Assembly: GCF_016433145.1 (NCBI RefSeq) | Contig: NC_058131.1 | Location: 634,523,308 to 634,587,127 of the forward strand | Direction of reading: 5' to 3' | Length of the DNA stretch: 63,820 nt | Source: Gracilinanus agilis | Lineage: Eukaryota | Shown here: piece by piece, positions 23,805-36,229 of the stretch | How positions within the stretch are numbered: the first letter of the stretch is position 1 | Layout of the letters: each line of letters opens with the position of its first letter | Translations under genes and position numbers: made by a program | Notes under the pieces: model-generated | Seen by the model: the letters and a program-made list of their open reading frames with translations, nothing else | The model's database searches: none | What the model was told of the DNA's origin: nothing

Positions 23805-24378
23805 GAACAAAAGATAATATGTACAAAAATATTTATACAGTTCTTTTTGTGGTGGCAAAGAATTGGAAATGGAGGGTATTTGTGAATTGAGGAATGACTA
23901 GCAAGTTGTTGTTTATGATTGTGATGGAATACTATTTCACTATAAAGTGATAAGCAGGATAATTTCAGAAAAACATGGGAAGACATATGAATTGATGCAA
24001 AGTGAAGTGAGCAGAACCAAAAGAAAATTATACCTAGGGTCAGCAATATTGTAATAATGATCAACTGCAGAAGATCTAGCTACTCTGATCAATGCAGTGA
24101 TTCAAGATAATTCCAAAGGACTCATGTTGAAAAATGTCATCTACCTCAAGAGAGAGAACTAATGAAATCTGAGGGCAATTGAAGTCCAATTTTTCACTTT
24201 TATTTTTCTTGCCTTTTTTCCAACATGACTAATGTATACATTTTGCATGATTTCATATGCATAATTAACATCACTTGCCTTCCTAATGGAATGGTTTGGA
24301 GGGAGGAAAATAATTTGGAACTTGGGATTTAAAAAAGAAATGTTAAAAAGAAATAAATAATAAAATTAAAAACAAACA
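23805..24378 (+). mobile_element. 5'-truncated L1 (ORF2 end, 3'UTR, A tail)
   Basis: gtacaaaaatatttatacagttctttttgtggtggcaaagaattggaaa...gagcagaaccaaaag...aaataaataataaaattaaaaac. Confidence 0.85.
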
Positions 24379-25879
24379 AATGATTAGATTACCCTTCCCC
24401 ATTTGGGGAGGGGATAGTTATTGAAAAAAGAGAATATGTATATATGTATATATGAATATCTATCTGTCTATATGTTGTATATAGTGGACAGAATGCTAAA
24501 CTTAGAAAAAGAAGAGACCAAGGTTCAAATTCTATTTTCAACATTAATTATCTTTGTGACAAAGTGGTAAGTCCCTTGCTCTCTGAACTTCAGTTTCCCT
24601 ACCTGTAAAATGTGGACAAAAAATATTTTAGTAACTTTCTTGCATAATTGTTATGAAGATCAAATGAGATTTCTTTTAAATTTGATTTTTTAACTTTGTA
24701 TCAATTCTAAGACAGAAGGTAAGAGTTTAAAAAAAAGATCAAATAAGATAATACATGTGCTCTGAAAACCATACTCAATGTTACATTTCAGCTACTATTA
24801 TATCCATACAGCAACACACATTAAAGAAAACACTGATTTAGTTAACTACATATGCATTGTTATTTATATATGTGTTTAGGTTATACAAAAGCTAATTGAC
24901 AGAATCTATTAGAAATGTGACTGGTTGAAATGGTCTTTACTAAGAAGAAACATTTTGAAGAAATTTGGCCATAAAGTAGGAAAACTGGTGGAATTTTGCA
25001 GACAGAAATGCAGAATGCTGGTTCAAGCCACTTAAACATTAAAAACATCATGGGCTCGATAGGAAAGCTTATGGCTTCATTTGCCATTCTTATAAATTGA
25101 TTCTGACAAAGTCTTGTACTTAGGTTGCATTCAGAGGAATTGTTATTTTAAACAAAAGCAGAACCATGCTCGGGAATACACTGAAGAATACAAAGTTGTA
25201 AGCTTGTGAGCACAAATTGTTGTATGTTACTATGCCAGAACTATAATGGAACCTTTGAAGGTGGCAGAGTACAAAGTGAAACCCTGGGGAAGCTATTAAT
25301 AAACTACAACTTTGAGAGACCAAATGGATTCTACTTACTAAAGAAAGTATTATGTCTGTATTCAATGTAAAATGCAACTATTAAATACCAAAGCAGTTTA
25401 GGAAGTGTGTTTCTTTTGACCTTATAAGATTAAAGATCCCTTTAGGCATCCACTCCTTTTAGATATCCTCTATTGCCTCAAAGACACTAAGTTTTTCTAG
25501 TTCTCAATCTTCCCTACTTGTTCACAACAGACACAGAAGCCACAATTCAATTCCATGGAATCCATTAAACATTTATTAAGCGCCTACCTTATGTCAGATA
25601 ATGTGCTAACTGCTGAGGATACAAATAAAGAAAAAGACAATTCCTGCCCTCAAGGAGCTTGCAATCTATTGGGTGAAGGTATCACACCAAACAAAGGAAG
25701 CTGAAAGAGGAGGATGGGACCAGAGGGCATATTGTTTTGAAGAGAACAAGTAGACTGTAGACATTGAGTGGAGTGACCTATGAAGTTCAAATTCTGCCCT
25801 CTATAAAGAAAGGCTTTGAGTAGAATTCAGTGCTCCCTCCAGTCCTCCAACCAGAATTTCACATGTTTCATATTAACCT

Positions 25880-26180
25880 GGAAGAATGTTGGTTCTAGAG
25901 CTACCTCTCAGCAACTCTTACTGGACCATGATTTCATGACTCCATGCCAGCTTTGGGGCAAGAACAAGCCTGTGTTTCTTTCCATAACCCTCCATGGAAG
26001 CCTAGAGCAACAGATCCTCCTCTACCAAGGAATTGTTTTCTTAGTTCCAATTTAATGACCAATCAAAGAGACCCTTTCTTCACCAACATGGAAAGAAAAC
26101 TGTCCTAAAATACCTGCGTGTGTTTTGAAGCCCATGAGAGAGGATGCATCAGGTCTCAAGAATGCTAGACATGCCTAAAA
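25880..26180 (-). mobile_element. Possible ancient RTE/RTE-X LINE 3' remnant
   Basis: Minus strand gives KKTIPW..VEEDLL..SWHGVMKSW-like fragments reminiscent of an RTE ORF C-terminus; weak. Confidence 0.3.
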
Positions 26181-28274
26181 GGACTACACTTTCACTGATC
26201 AGCCCCTATTACATATAAGTATTCATTTGTTTATTTGTATTTTTTTAAATCTCCATCACATACCTCATCCCCTTCTTCCTTGGAAGTCCAGCCTTGTACC
26301 AAATAAATATATAAGTAAAAGTATTTATATATTACATATATTTATATATAAAACATATAAATATGAAATAAATAAAATAAAATATATAAATATAAAAATA
26401 AATATAGACAAGGAGACTCATTAAACACATTGGCCATGTCTGGGACCATTTATTTTATTCCATCTCTACGTCACATGCTTTTTCATTTGATCTATAAAGT
26501 CAGAATGGTCACTGTATCAATCAGATTTACAAAGTTTTAAAGTTGTTTCCCTTTCACAGCTTTAATTTATCTGTTCTGACATTGCGGGTGGCAATTTCAT
26601 GAACTCCTTTGGTTTTAAGTACCGCCTTTTTACAATAGGACTCTGAAATCTAGGTTGAGCCCTGACCTTCCTTTAAAAGTTTAGAGTTGTACATCTAAGA
26701 GTCCCAAAGACATTTGGGATGCATATAGCCTGCCAACACCCCAAGAACTTGTTGTCTTTTCCTCTAAAACTAGACCCCTTCTGAATTCAGTATTTCTTTC
26801 ACTGGAACTATTATTCCCTTAGTCTCTTATCTTCAAATTTCAGACATAATTTTTGACTTTCCTCTCTTACACTTTTCATTTCCATTTGGTTCCCAGGTCT
26901 GTTGCATCCTCCTTCTGCAATATCTTTCTAATCTTTCCCTCTGCTCTATTCCTTTAGGATAGGAATTAGGTACCTCCTACCTGTTATTGAAATAGAAATA
27001 TCTTCCAAACATGCTTCTACTTCTCCTCTCTTCTTTATTCAAGTTCATCCTTTATTCCATTCCAAAAATAATCTCTCTTACACAAAAATCCCGGGCCCCA
27101 AAATCTGTAGTAGCTATTGCCTCCTGGGGAAAGTTCAAACTACTTTGCCTTGACATTTTACAATTTGGCACTGTCCTGCTTTCCCAATATGTACTCATCA
27201 AATTAGATGCCTTCTGTCCTCTAAAAATGCCCTGTATTTTGTACAAAATTTTCCCCCTAAGGAATAGAGTCTGCAGACTATAAGTCATTGAATTTGATTT
27301 CAATATTCAGGAAAATTCCAAGAGGCATTATTATTAAAAGTATGTTTAATAAAAATCTACAAAAGGAAGTGATGAGCACAAAGGGCCATAATGGTTATAA
27401 TGAACTCATTACCATTCCATTTTTGTCTTTAAATCTCCCCATGTATAATGTCTTGCACATAGTAGACACTTAACAAAAGATTGTTGGTTAATTGACTGAT
27501 TAAAGGCTCAGAATTATAAGCATTCTCTAATTTACAGAAATAGTGGTTTTTATTAGAAAAGTCTACCTATTTGTAAGCCAGTTGTATGGAATATGAAATA
27601 TAGTTTCTCATAGACATAACATTATAAATGTCAATTATTTGTCTAATCCAACCATCAAAAGCCTTTCTAATCCATAATGTAGGAAAATATTGTATATTTG
27701 CAATGACAAATAGTAAAAAATAGTGCTGGGATGTTCTTCTTCCATGTTGGCCTTACTCCTCCCCTACTAATCTCCCACACCAATCCCATCAGTAACTAGG
27801 TAACTAGAACCCTTCCTTCCTCTAGTCTATTTGATCCCACTACTTTTAAGCTTTTATGTGCTTTGGTCTAGTTTTCTCTTTCTCTTAGTGCCTCTTCCAT
27901 GAACATATGGAAAAAATTAAAAGCTTATAAGTTAACCTGAAGGAGGTTGGCCTTTTGTTCTCCATCTAGTAAATGGAAAAAAGATAAGGATTGGGTATAT
28001 TTCTTCCTCCTGAAATATTTGTTACCACTCTCTCTGCCTATTGAAATTCTATGAGATTAATTCTGTGGAATTCAGAGAGAGTCTATCTTCTTTGAATCTT
28101 TCCTTGAACCCTCTTCTGAGCTAGCACTGTTTTGTTTCATCTTTTCTGGTGCCATTTTCATACTCTCTCCTTCTCCTCCCCCTCACTCCTTCTCCTCCTA
28201 CTTCTCTTCCTCCATCTCTTTCTCTTCATCCTCCTTTTCCTCCTCCTCATCCCGTGGGACCTAAACTGGTCTCA

Positions 28275-28487
28275 CTTGTCATAGGTAACGTTTAGATTTT
28301 CAACATGGAATCTAGAAACCCCAAACTTGTAGCCTAGTAAGATCTGAAACTTTCCTTGGGGCAAACTGTCATGGGAACAGGGACAAAATTGGGTCTCAAT
28401 TGGGGTATAATCTAAACCTAAAATTTGGGGTTTATCAGATCTTAGTAGGCTACAAGTTTGGGGATTTCTAGATTCCACGTTGACAAG
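28275..28487. repeat. Foldback (long inverted repeat) element of unassigned family
   Basis: Arm 1 28301-28347 pairs with arm 2 28435-28482 (2 mismatches, 1 indel); outer CTTGTCA/TGACAAG inverted ends. Confidence 0.9.
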
Positions 28488-28507
28488 ATTTAAAGACTAT
28501 TAGGGCT

Positions 28508-28706
28508 GGGGGTGCAGCTAGGTGGCCCATTGAAATGAGAGCCAGGCCTAGAGACCTGGTCCTGGGTTTCCAATCTAACCAGAGATACTTCCTACCAGCA
28601 TTATTGTAATCAAGTGAATGAACCCTCATTGCCTAGTTTTTACCATTTCTCCGATTTGGAATCAATAGATGATATTGATTCTAAGATGGAAGGTAAGGGT
28701 GTTTTC

Positions 28707-28740
<34 letters not shown>
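28508..28740 (+). mobile_element. Opossum CORE-SINE whose tail expanded into a (CTTTT)n tract; 17-bp TSD
   Basis: TSD TAAAGA(C/A)TATTAGGGCT at 28491-28507 and 28741-28757. Confidence 0.85.
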
Positions 28741-28741
<1 letters not shown>

Positions 28742-30460
28742 AAAGAATATTAGGGCTTAAATGAAAGGTAGAGATTATCTACCCTAAACCCTTCATTTTA
28801 TAAATTTATATTTACCCCCGAGGTCACTAGCCATAATTAGTGGTAGAGCTGGGCCCTTAACCCTCGTCTGCTGACGTCTAAACCAATGTTCTTTCCTCTA
28901 CATCAGGACTCCACGCTGGGAAATTTTTCCTTACACAGAAATTGGCCCACTTTCCCATGGTGTAGGGAAAAAACCGAATATTGTGTCTCTCTTTAGCCTG
29001 TACATAAATTCCTGGGGTTTGGCTGCAGGGAGGCTGTTAAAGGTTGTTTTTCTTGGAGGGAGGGAGGAGGGGGAGAAAGGGGAAGATATTATTTGTTTAT
29101 TCTTTAAACTCAATGTTATCAGCTAAGCTGGGCTCAACTTGGTATTATCTGTTTTTCATCAATGTCAAAGTCAAGGTGAATTGTTGCTATTTATGTGGTA
29201 GAATATTAAACACATCTTCAGCCAACCCAAGAAATACAGACTTTGCTGAATGTGTGTGTTGGATTTTGTAAGAGCAAATGGTAAGTAGAACCATTACTGT
29301 TTTAGGGGATGGATGAGCTTAGCAGATGGAATGGTTTTGGTTTATAATTTTTTTCTGCGATGCATTGTTGGAACCCAAAACTAATATAGACAAATCAAAA
29401 ATGGACCAAAGCTGACAGCTAAGATTAGTTCTAGGCAAAATTGGGGAGCTTTTTGGAGTTCCAGCCTCCTTTTTCCTTCCCTCACAATGGTGCCCCTTAC
29501 CCTACAGGCACTCAAGAAGAACTTTTTTCACAGTATTTTATTTGAGATTTTAGTTGATTCATCATCAATAATGGGGGAACTAAGGACAGATGTTCCACCC
29601 AGTTTCCTCTTCCTCTTTTCCTCCATATCAAAATTATTCTAAAAGGAGCTAATAAACTCATTTTCACTGAAGTGTAAGTGACTAAGAAGGACTAGAGTGT
29701 GACACTGAATTATAGAAATGAGTAAATAAAAAAATAACTTTCTAACTGTAGAATTTTAGATATTACTGAGAACAGTTTGGGGAAATGCTATATGTTGTGA
29801 GGTGGGTTCTATATGTCACAAAATCATGTTACATAAAACAGACATTCATAGAACCTGTCTACCCAGTCAATCTCAGTGACAGCTTACTTTTAATGGTTAG
29901 TCACTGCAGAATGAGACCCCTTCATTTCTTTCAGAGTCTTGATATGTCAAGGATGGTATGAATTTCAGCCTGATCAACTTCTCAATCATCTTTTCCCTAT
30001 TTTTCTCACCACTCACCCAGAGACCTCGGAGGCAATCACAGAGATCATGGTGCATAATTATAAATGAAAGGGATGAAGAGAATGACTTAAAACTTAATTA
30101 GATTTCAGTCATACCAGTGTCTCCATTTCTGGGTTTCTTATTCTATGGAGGATTTTTAGCTGACAAGGAATTAAAAGCCTGAGTTTCTTGGCTTGTAACG
30201 CCTTAACCTCTTTCTCTCCTGTCCTTTACATACTCTCTGCTGTAATTAAAGCTTGTAAAGAAGAAAACTCACTTGGTTCCTTTATTTCTCTTGTTGGGGC
30301 TAAGAAGTTATGTCCAAGAGGGTAAACTTTTCCAGGCTCCTCTTCTGAGATGAATGTAGAATGGAAAGTGACTGGGTTCCTGGTGGTGCCACTTGCATGC
30401 CTGGGTAATTCATCTAACCTTTCTGAATCTCATCTTTATTTTAAGAAAGGAAAGGTTAAG

Positions 30461-30657
30461 GGGGCAGTTTTTTGACTCAGTGGATTGAGAGCCAAGGCTG
30501 GATACAGGATGAGTTCACATCTGGCCTCAAATACTTCCTAGCTATGTGACCCTGGGCAAGTCACTTGACCTCCATTGCCTAGTCCTTACCACTCTTCTGC
30601 TTTGGAACCAATACACAATATTGATTCTAGGACAAAAGGTAAGGGTTTTAAAAAAAT
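30461..30657 (+). mobile_element. Opossum CORE-SINE
   Basis: ggggcag...gtgaccctgggcaagtcacttgacctccattgcctagtccttaccactcttctgc...ggtaagggttttaaaaaaa. Confidence 0.87.
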
Positions 30658-32425
30658 AAAGATAAGGTTGTAACCTGGTAACCTCTGAGTCCCTTATTGA
30701 CTCTAAATCTATCCTCCAATGACTTATGGGATGGTATATAGCTCAGAGAATTAGGAGTGGCATAGAGAAGAAGTGGCATAGATGCTGTTACACTATGATT
30801 AATACTCTTCCCAGGAGCCTAGGAGGAGTATTAATCATAGTGTAACAACATCAAACAACAAAATATGAAGCTGGGGAACCAAGGTGGTACTTAAGATATA
30901 TATAGTGGCTTGTAGAAAAATGTGACAAATTATACTTTTCAATTAAATCCTTTTAAATCCTTTTTATCCCAACAACATAAAATCTATGAGTTGAAAGGGA
31001 GCTCAGAAATAAAGTGTGGAACAAGAATGCCCTCTAGGACATACTCAACCTGTGGTCATCAGCCTCTACTATTAGGATCAGAGTAAAATCATTCTGTTCT
31101 AGTAGTCTTCCATCTTTCTGGTATGGTATGAATAAAGTTAGGATCTTAACATCATGGATTTAGAATCAGAAAGGATCATGTAATTCAATCCTCATCATTC
31201 TATAGATCTACAGATGAGGAAATTGAGGGCCAGAGAACTCAGGAGAGTTGTGAAAGGTCCCATAGAAAGTAAGTGGTGGAGTGAGGACTGACCCCAGATC
31301 CTCTGACTCTAAAGAGAGTTCTCCTCCTGAGCCATGCAGCTTGAAGAAAGAGGGAGCCTAACCCCATCCCCTCTAAGTCTTGGACAAACATTCAAATTTG
31401 TCCTTTGAAAAAAGCTTCTATAGCCTGAGGATACTTATCATGTATATACTCTATTGAATCTGGGTTTCCCTCAAGTTGGCAGTATTTCTTTAAAAATGAA
31501 ATAATGTAAATCACATTTATACTTCATCTCTCAAGAGTATTTAGAATCCTCTACTTATTTCTCCTATTCTTTGTAAGGCAGATGAGCGAGTTAACATAGT
31601 CTTTTGGGCTGAATTAGATAGCAGTCATCACTGCTCCCTTTCCCACCTTCTCCTGCTATTTCCAAGGAGCTGGAAACTGGACCATCACCTCTTCTAATTA
31701 TAACTGTACTTGGCTAGAGCTCACTCTCTCCTCACCACTCTCCAATCCCCTGCTGAATTTAATATGCCATAAGTATTAGAGTTTCTAAGAATATGCCAAC
31801 TTTGAGTTCTAGGCTCATCTCTGCTAATTATCTATGGGATCTTGGGAAAGTCAATTTACTAAGTTATGCCTCATTTTCCTCTATAGGAGAGGAGAGTCAG
31901 ATTAGATGGTGACTAAAGCTGATTCTGTCTCTGATGATCTATGATTATGACTTGCATTTTATAGGTCTAGGAAGAGTAGTTTATGATCTGTTGGAGTTCC
32001 CATGATTATTCAGTGGCAGAGCTGGGAATGGAGCCCATTCTCTTGTCTGGTTATTTTAAAACTTTCATTGTGTTTCTATAATTTTTTTTCTCTTGGGTAT
32101 CCAAAGAACTTTATAATTCTTCCATTTTATAAGCTTACCAATGAAGCATCCCAACCAAAGATTCAAACTTCTTCCAAATGAGATACAAAAATTTTGATCC
32201 CTATCAAATCTTATATTGAGGGATGGGGGTGGTAGAAAGCAGTGTTGATAAGAGAGCAAGTGGTTGATGGGAGGAAGCAAGCAGGGCATGTATATCTTAA
32301 TCTATGAGATAAGACTTCAATATGATTTCCTAGAGCATAATTAAAGAGTTGGAGATAGCTATACTAGATGGACCCAGCAAACCAAGGGAAATAAGACAAT
32401 AAACCTTTTTTAAATGCCTACTATG

Positions 32426-33876
32426 GTATGATAAACCCAAAGAGCCCAACTTTTGGGACAAAAATCCACTATTTGACAAAAACTGTTGGAAAAATTGGAA
32501 AACAATATGGAAGAGATTAGGTTTAGATCAACATCTCACACCCTACACCAAGATAAATTCAGAATGGGTGAATGACTTGAATATAAAGAAGGAAACTATA
32601 AGAAAATTAGGTGAACATAGAATAGTATACCTGTCAGATCTCTGGGAAAGGGAAATTTTTAAAACCAGGCAAGAGTTAGAAAAAATTGCAAAATGTAAAA
32701 TAAATAAATAATAATAATAAATTTTGATTATATTAAATTAAAAAGGTTTTGTACAAAGAAATCAATGCAACCAAAATCAGAAGGGAAACAACAAACTGGG
32801 AAAGAAATCTTTATAACAAAAAATTCTGACAGAGGTCTAATTACTCAAATATACAAGGAGCTAAATCAATTGTATAAAAAATCAAGCCATTCCCCAATTG
32901 ATAAATGGGGAAGGGACATGAATAGGCAATTTTCAGATAAAGAAATCAAAACTATCAATAAGCACGTGAGAAAGTGTTCTAAATCTCTAATAATTAGAGA
33001 AATGCAAATCAAAACAACTTTGAGGTGCCACCTCACACGTAGCAGATTGGTTAAAATGATAGAAGGGGAGAGAAATGAATGTTGGAGGGGATGTGGCAAA
33101 ATTGGGACATTAATGCATTGTTGGTGGAGTTGTGAATTGATCCACCCATTCTGGATGGCAATTTGGAACTATGCCCAAAGAGCTCTAAAAGACTGCCTGC
33201 CCTTCGATCAAGCTATAGCATTGCTGGGTTTGTACCCTAAAGAGATCATAGATAAACAGACTTGTACAAAATTATTTATAGCCGTGCTTTTTGTGGTGGC
33301 AAAAAAAATGGAAAACAAGGGTATGCCCTTCAATTGGGGAATGGCTGAACAAATTGTTGTATATGCTGGTGATGGAATACTATTGTGCTCAAAGGAATAA
33401 TAAACTGGAGGAATTCCATGTGAACTGGAAAGAACTCCAGGAATTGATGCAGAGGGAAAGGAGGAGAGCCAGAAGAACACTGTACACAGAGACTGATATA
33501 CTGTGGTAAAATCGAATGTAATGGACTACTTCTGTACTGACAGCAAAGCAATGACTCAGGACAATTCTGAGGGATTTATGGGAAAGAATGCTACCCACAT
33601 TCAGAGGAAGAACTGCAGGAGTGGAAACACAGAAGAAAACAACCGCTTGAACACATGGGTTGATGTAGACATGGTTGGGGATGTAGACTTGAAACAACCA
33701 CACCAATGCAACTATCAATAATATGTAAATAAGTCTTGATTGATCACACATGTTAAAACCAGTGGAAATGTGTGTTGGATATGGGGGTGGTGGTGAAGGG
33801 GAAAGTAAAAACAAGAATCACGTAACCATGGAAAATTTTTTCTAAAAATGTAAAATATTTAAATAAAAAAAGTAAA
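32426..33876 (+). mobile_element. Relatively young 5'-truncated L1 (about 1.45 kb) with perfect 15-bp TSD; ORF2 C-terminus frameshifted
   Basis: TSD TAAATGCCTACTATG at 32411-32425 and 33877-33891; ORF 32765-33400 carries the L1 CCHC motif CWRGCGKIGTLMHCWWSC; a slip in the A-run near 33301-33309 moves WKTRVCPSIGEWLNKL..MEYYCA into another frame; inserted into an L2 tail. Confidence 0.95.
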
Positions 33877-33879
33877 TAA

Positions 33880-34860
33880 ATGCCTACTATGTTCCAGCCA
33901 CTGTGCTAAATACTCTGAATATAAAGAAAGACAAAAGGCAATCTCTGCTTTTATGGAGCTAACAGTCTAATAGGAGAGAGAACATGCAAAGAAGGCAAAA
34001 TGTACAAACAAGATACATATAAAATCAATGGGAAGTAATCAACAGAGGAAAGGCACTAGAATTAAGATTAGGAAAGGCTTCCTATATAAGGTACAATTTA
34101 AGCTGAGACTTGAAAAAAGCCAGGGATGCCAGGCAGTGGAGATGAGGAGGGAAAACATTTCAACAAGAGACAGTCTGTAAGAAAGCCCAGAGTCAAGAGA
34201 TGGAGTGTCTTATTAGTGGAACAGTAAAGAGACCAGTGTCAAAGGATCCCAGAGGATATGAAGTGAGGGGAAGGGATAATATATAAGAAGTCTGAAAAGA
34301 TAGATGTGTATAGGAGGGTCAGATTATCAAGGGATTTGAAAGATAGAATCTTTTAAAAAATATTTTACTGACAGCAAAAGGGACCATTAGTTTGTTGAGT
34401 AGGGGGCTGACATGGTGAGATCTGTGCTTTAGAAAGATCATTTTAACAGTGGAGTGAAAGATGGATGAAGTAGGAGGTGAGGAAGAGATGGGAGGCAGGG
34501 TGACCAACCAACAGCCTATTTCAATACTCCTGGAATAATGTGATGAGGGCCTGAACCAAGGTGGTGACAATGTAAAAGCAGGACATATATAAGAGATATT
34601 ATGAAGGCACAATCAGACCTTGGAAAAAGTTTGAATATAGTGAGGTGAGAGAGAGTCAAGGATAACACCCAGTTTGCAAGCCTAGCTGACTGGGAGGATA
34701 TTGGTACCCTCAAACAGTAATAGAGAAATTAAGAAGAGGGGAGAGTTTTGGAAGGGAAAATGAAGAATTCAGTTTTGGACAAGTTGCATTTAAGATGTCT
34801 AGGAGACATCTAATTCAAGATTTCCAATGGAGGTGAATGTCTGGAGGTCAGTAGAGAGAT
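33880..34860 (-). mobile_element. L2 LINE fragment
   Basis: atgcctactatgttccagccactgtgctaa (L2 3' end, reverse); gagggcctgaaccaaggtggtgac; gaattcagttttggacaagttg. Confidence 0.8.
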
Positions 34861-35796
34861 CAGTCACAATCTATGGCAGCTCATCTTTAAGACAAGGGAA
34901 TGGAAGAACCCAAAAAATGAAACCTAGTTCTTAAATTCTGGTAGAATGAGACTCTATCCCAGAAAGATGACCACATGTCCTTTCCCTAATTTTCTCTAAG
35001 GGAAGATCATTTCAAAGTGCCAACCCATGAAGCCAGATACTTTCTTCTAGTCTATTCATTTAATCTCACTTACCATGAGAAATTACAAGGAGTGACCAGA
35101 TTCTTTGGAGTAACAAGTTTTCTCATGACAAATTAACTCAATTAGTTCAAGCTCATTCCCTGAATGGTGATTTGTTCAGCAAAAAGGCTGGTAGCTGGCC
35201 TGAAAAGAAAGAACTGAGTTCTTGTATTTCATAACTTGAAGTTTCTTCATATCCAGACACTAACAATCTCCTGAAATTCATAGGGTGCTATCTTTTATAG
35301 ATCTCCTGGTTATTTGACAGTCTAGTACATACAAAGACCTAAATCACAAAGCTATAAAAGAGCTTTATTCACTAGGGCAAAACAATTGGATTTGGAGTTG
35401 AGGAAAAGATGGAATCTGGGGCTAATATTTAAAATGTACAGAACATATTCTGATGAGCATTGAAACAGAAGTTTGAAAGTAGTGCATTTATGAGTATAGT
35501 TATGACTATAATGGGTGACCTGTCCCCAAGAGAAGTCAGTCCTTTTCCTTCTGAGCATGAAGGAAAAAGTTAGGTTCTAGGAAAAGGGCCCTGTTAGCAG
35601 TTGAAGCCTGGAGGGGGCCACTTGGGCTACTGATTAGCCAGCATCTCAAGGTAGGGAACAATTGTGATGACTGTAAAGAGAAAGTATGCCCCCTGGATAT
35701 AAGCACCCCAAGACAAAGTCCCCTTAACCTTGGGCTAGTTATAGCTGTGCCTGAATTATATAGCTTAAGCATTTTTCTTTTAGAAAGAATATTTCA

Positions 35797-35975
35797 GGGG
35801 CAGCTGGGTAGTTCAGTGGATTGAGAGTCAGGCCTAGAGTTCAAATCTGGCCTCAGACACTTCCCAGCTGTGTGACCTTGGGCAAGTCACTTGACCCCCC
35901 ATTGCCCACCCTTACCACTCTTCCACCAAGGAGCCAATACACAGAAGTTAAGGGTTTAAAAAAAAAGAAAAAAAA
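35797..35975 (+). mobile_element. Young SINE1_Mdo-like SINE with about 15-nt internal deletion and perfect 15-bp TSD
   Basis: TSD AGAAAGAATATTTCA at 35782-35796 and 35976-35990; tail ccaccaaggagccaatacacagaagttaagggtttaaaaaa. Confidence 0.93.
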
Positions 35976-36229
35976 AGAAAGAATATTTCACAGAGTTCTA
36001 AGGTTAAGAAATGGAAGGTCGATTGCTCTTTTCCCCATATGATAATAACTTGGTTCTATTCTCAAGTCTAATTAAATTCTATAATATAAGCTTTTGTTTC
36101 TTAATTTATAACATCTTTAAATGATTCTGCATTTTTATCATCTTAGGCAGAAATTATGTTTATATTCATAATGAGGTGGGGATCACTATAGTTGCATCCT
36201 TCTTGAAAATAAATATTATGTATTACAAA

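Noticed and set aside
28512-28527. GCAGCTAGGTGGC CTCF-like word in a SINE head
   Set aside because: It is the generic head of these CORE-SINEs, and SINE-borne CTCF sites in opossum are already described; the downstream bases here are degenerate
32765-33400. 211-aa ORF as a host gene or domesticated L1 protein
   Set aside because: It is the C-terminal part of L1 ORF2 in a 5'-truncated, TSD-flanked copy, with an upstream (TAAA)n insertion and an A-run frameshift near 33305; its length reflects youth, not selection
35060-35220. Perfect minus-strand donor CATG|GTAAGT at about 35071 as a coding exon end
   Set aside because: Stops in all three frames just upstream and no convincing acceptor; a single donor is expected by chance
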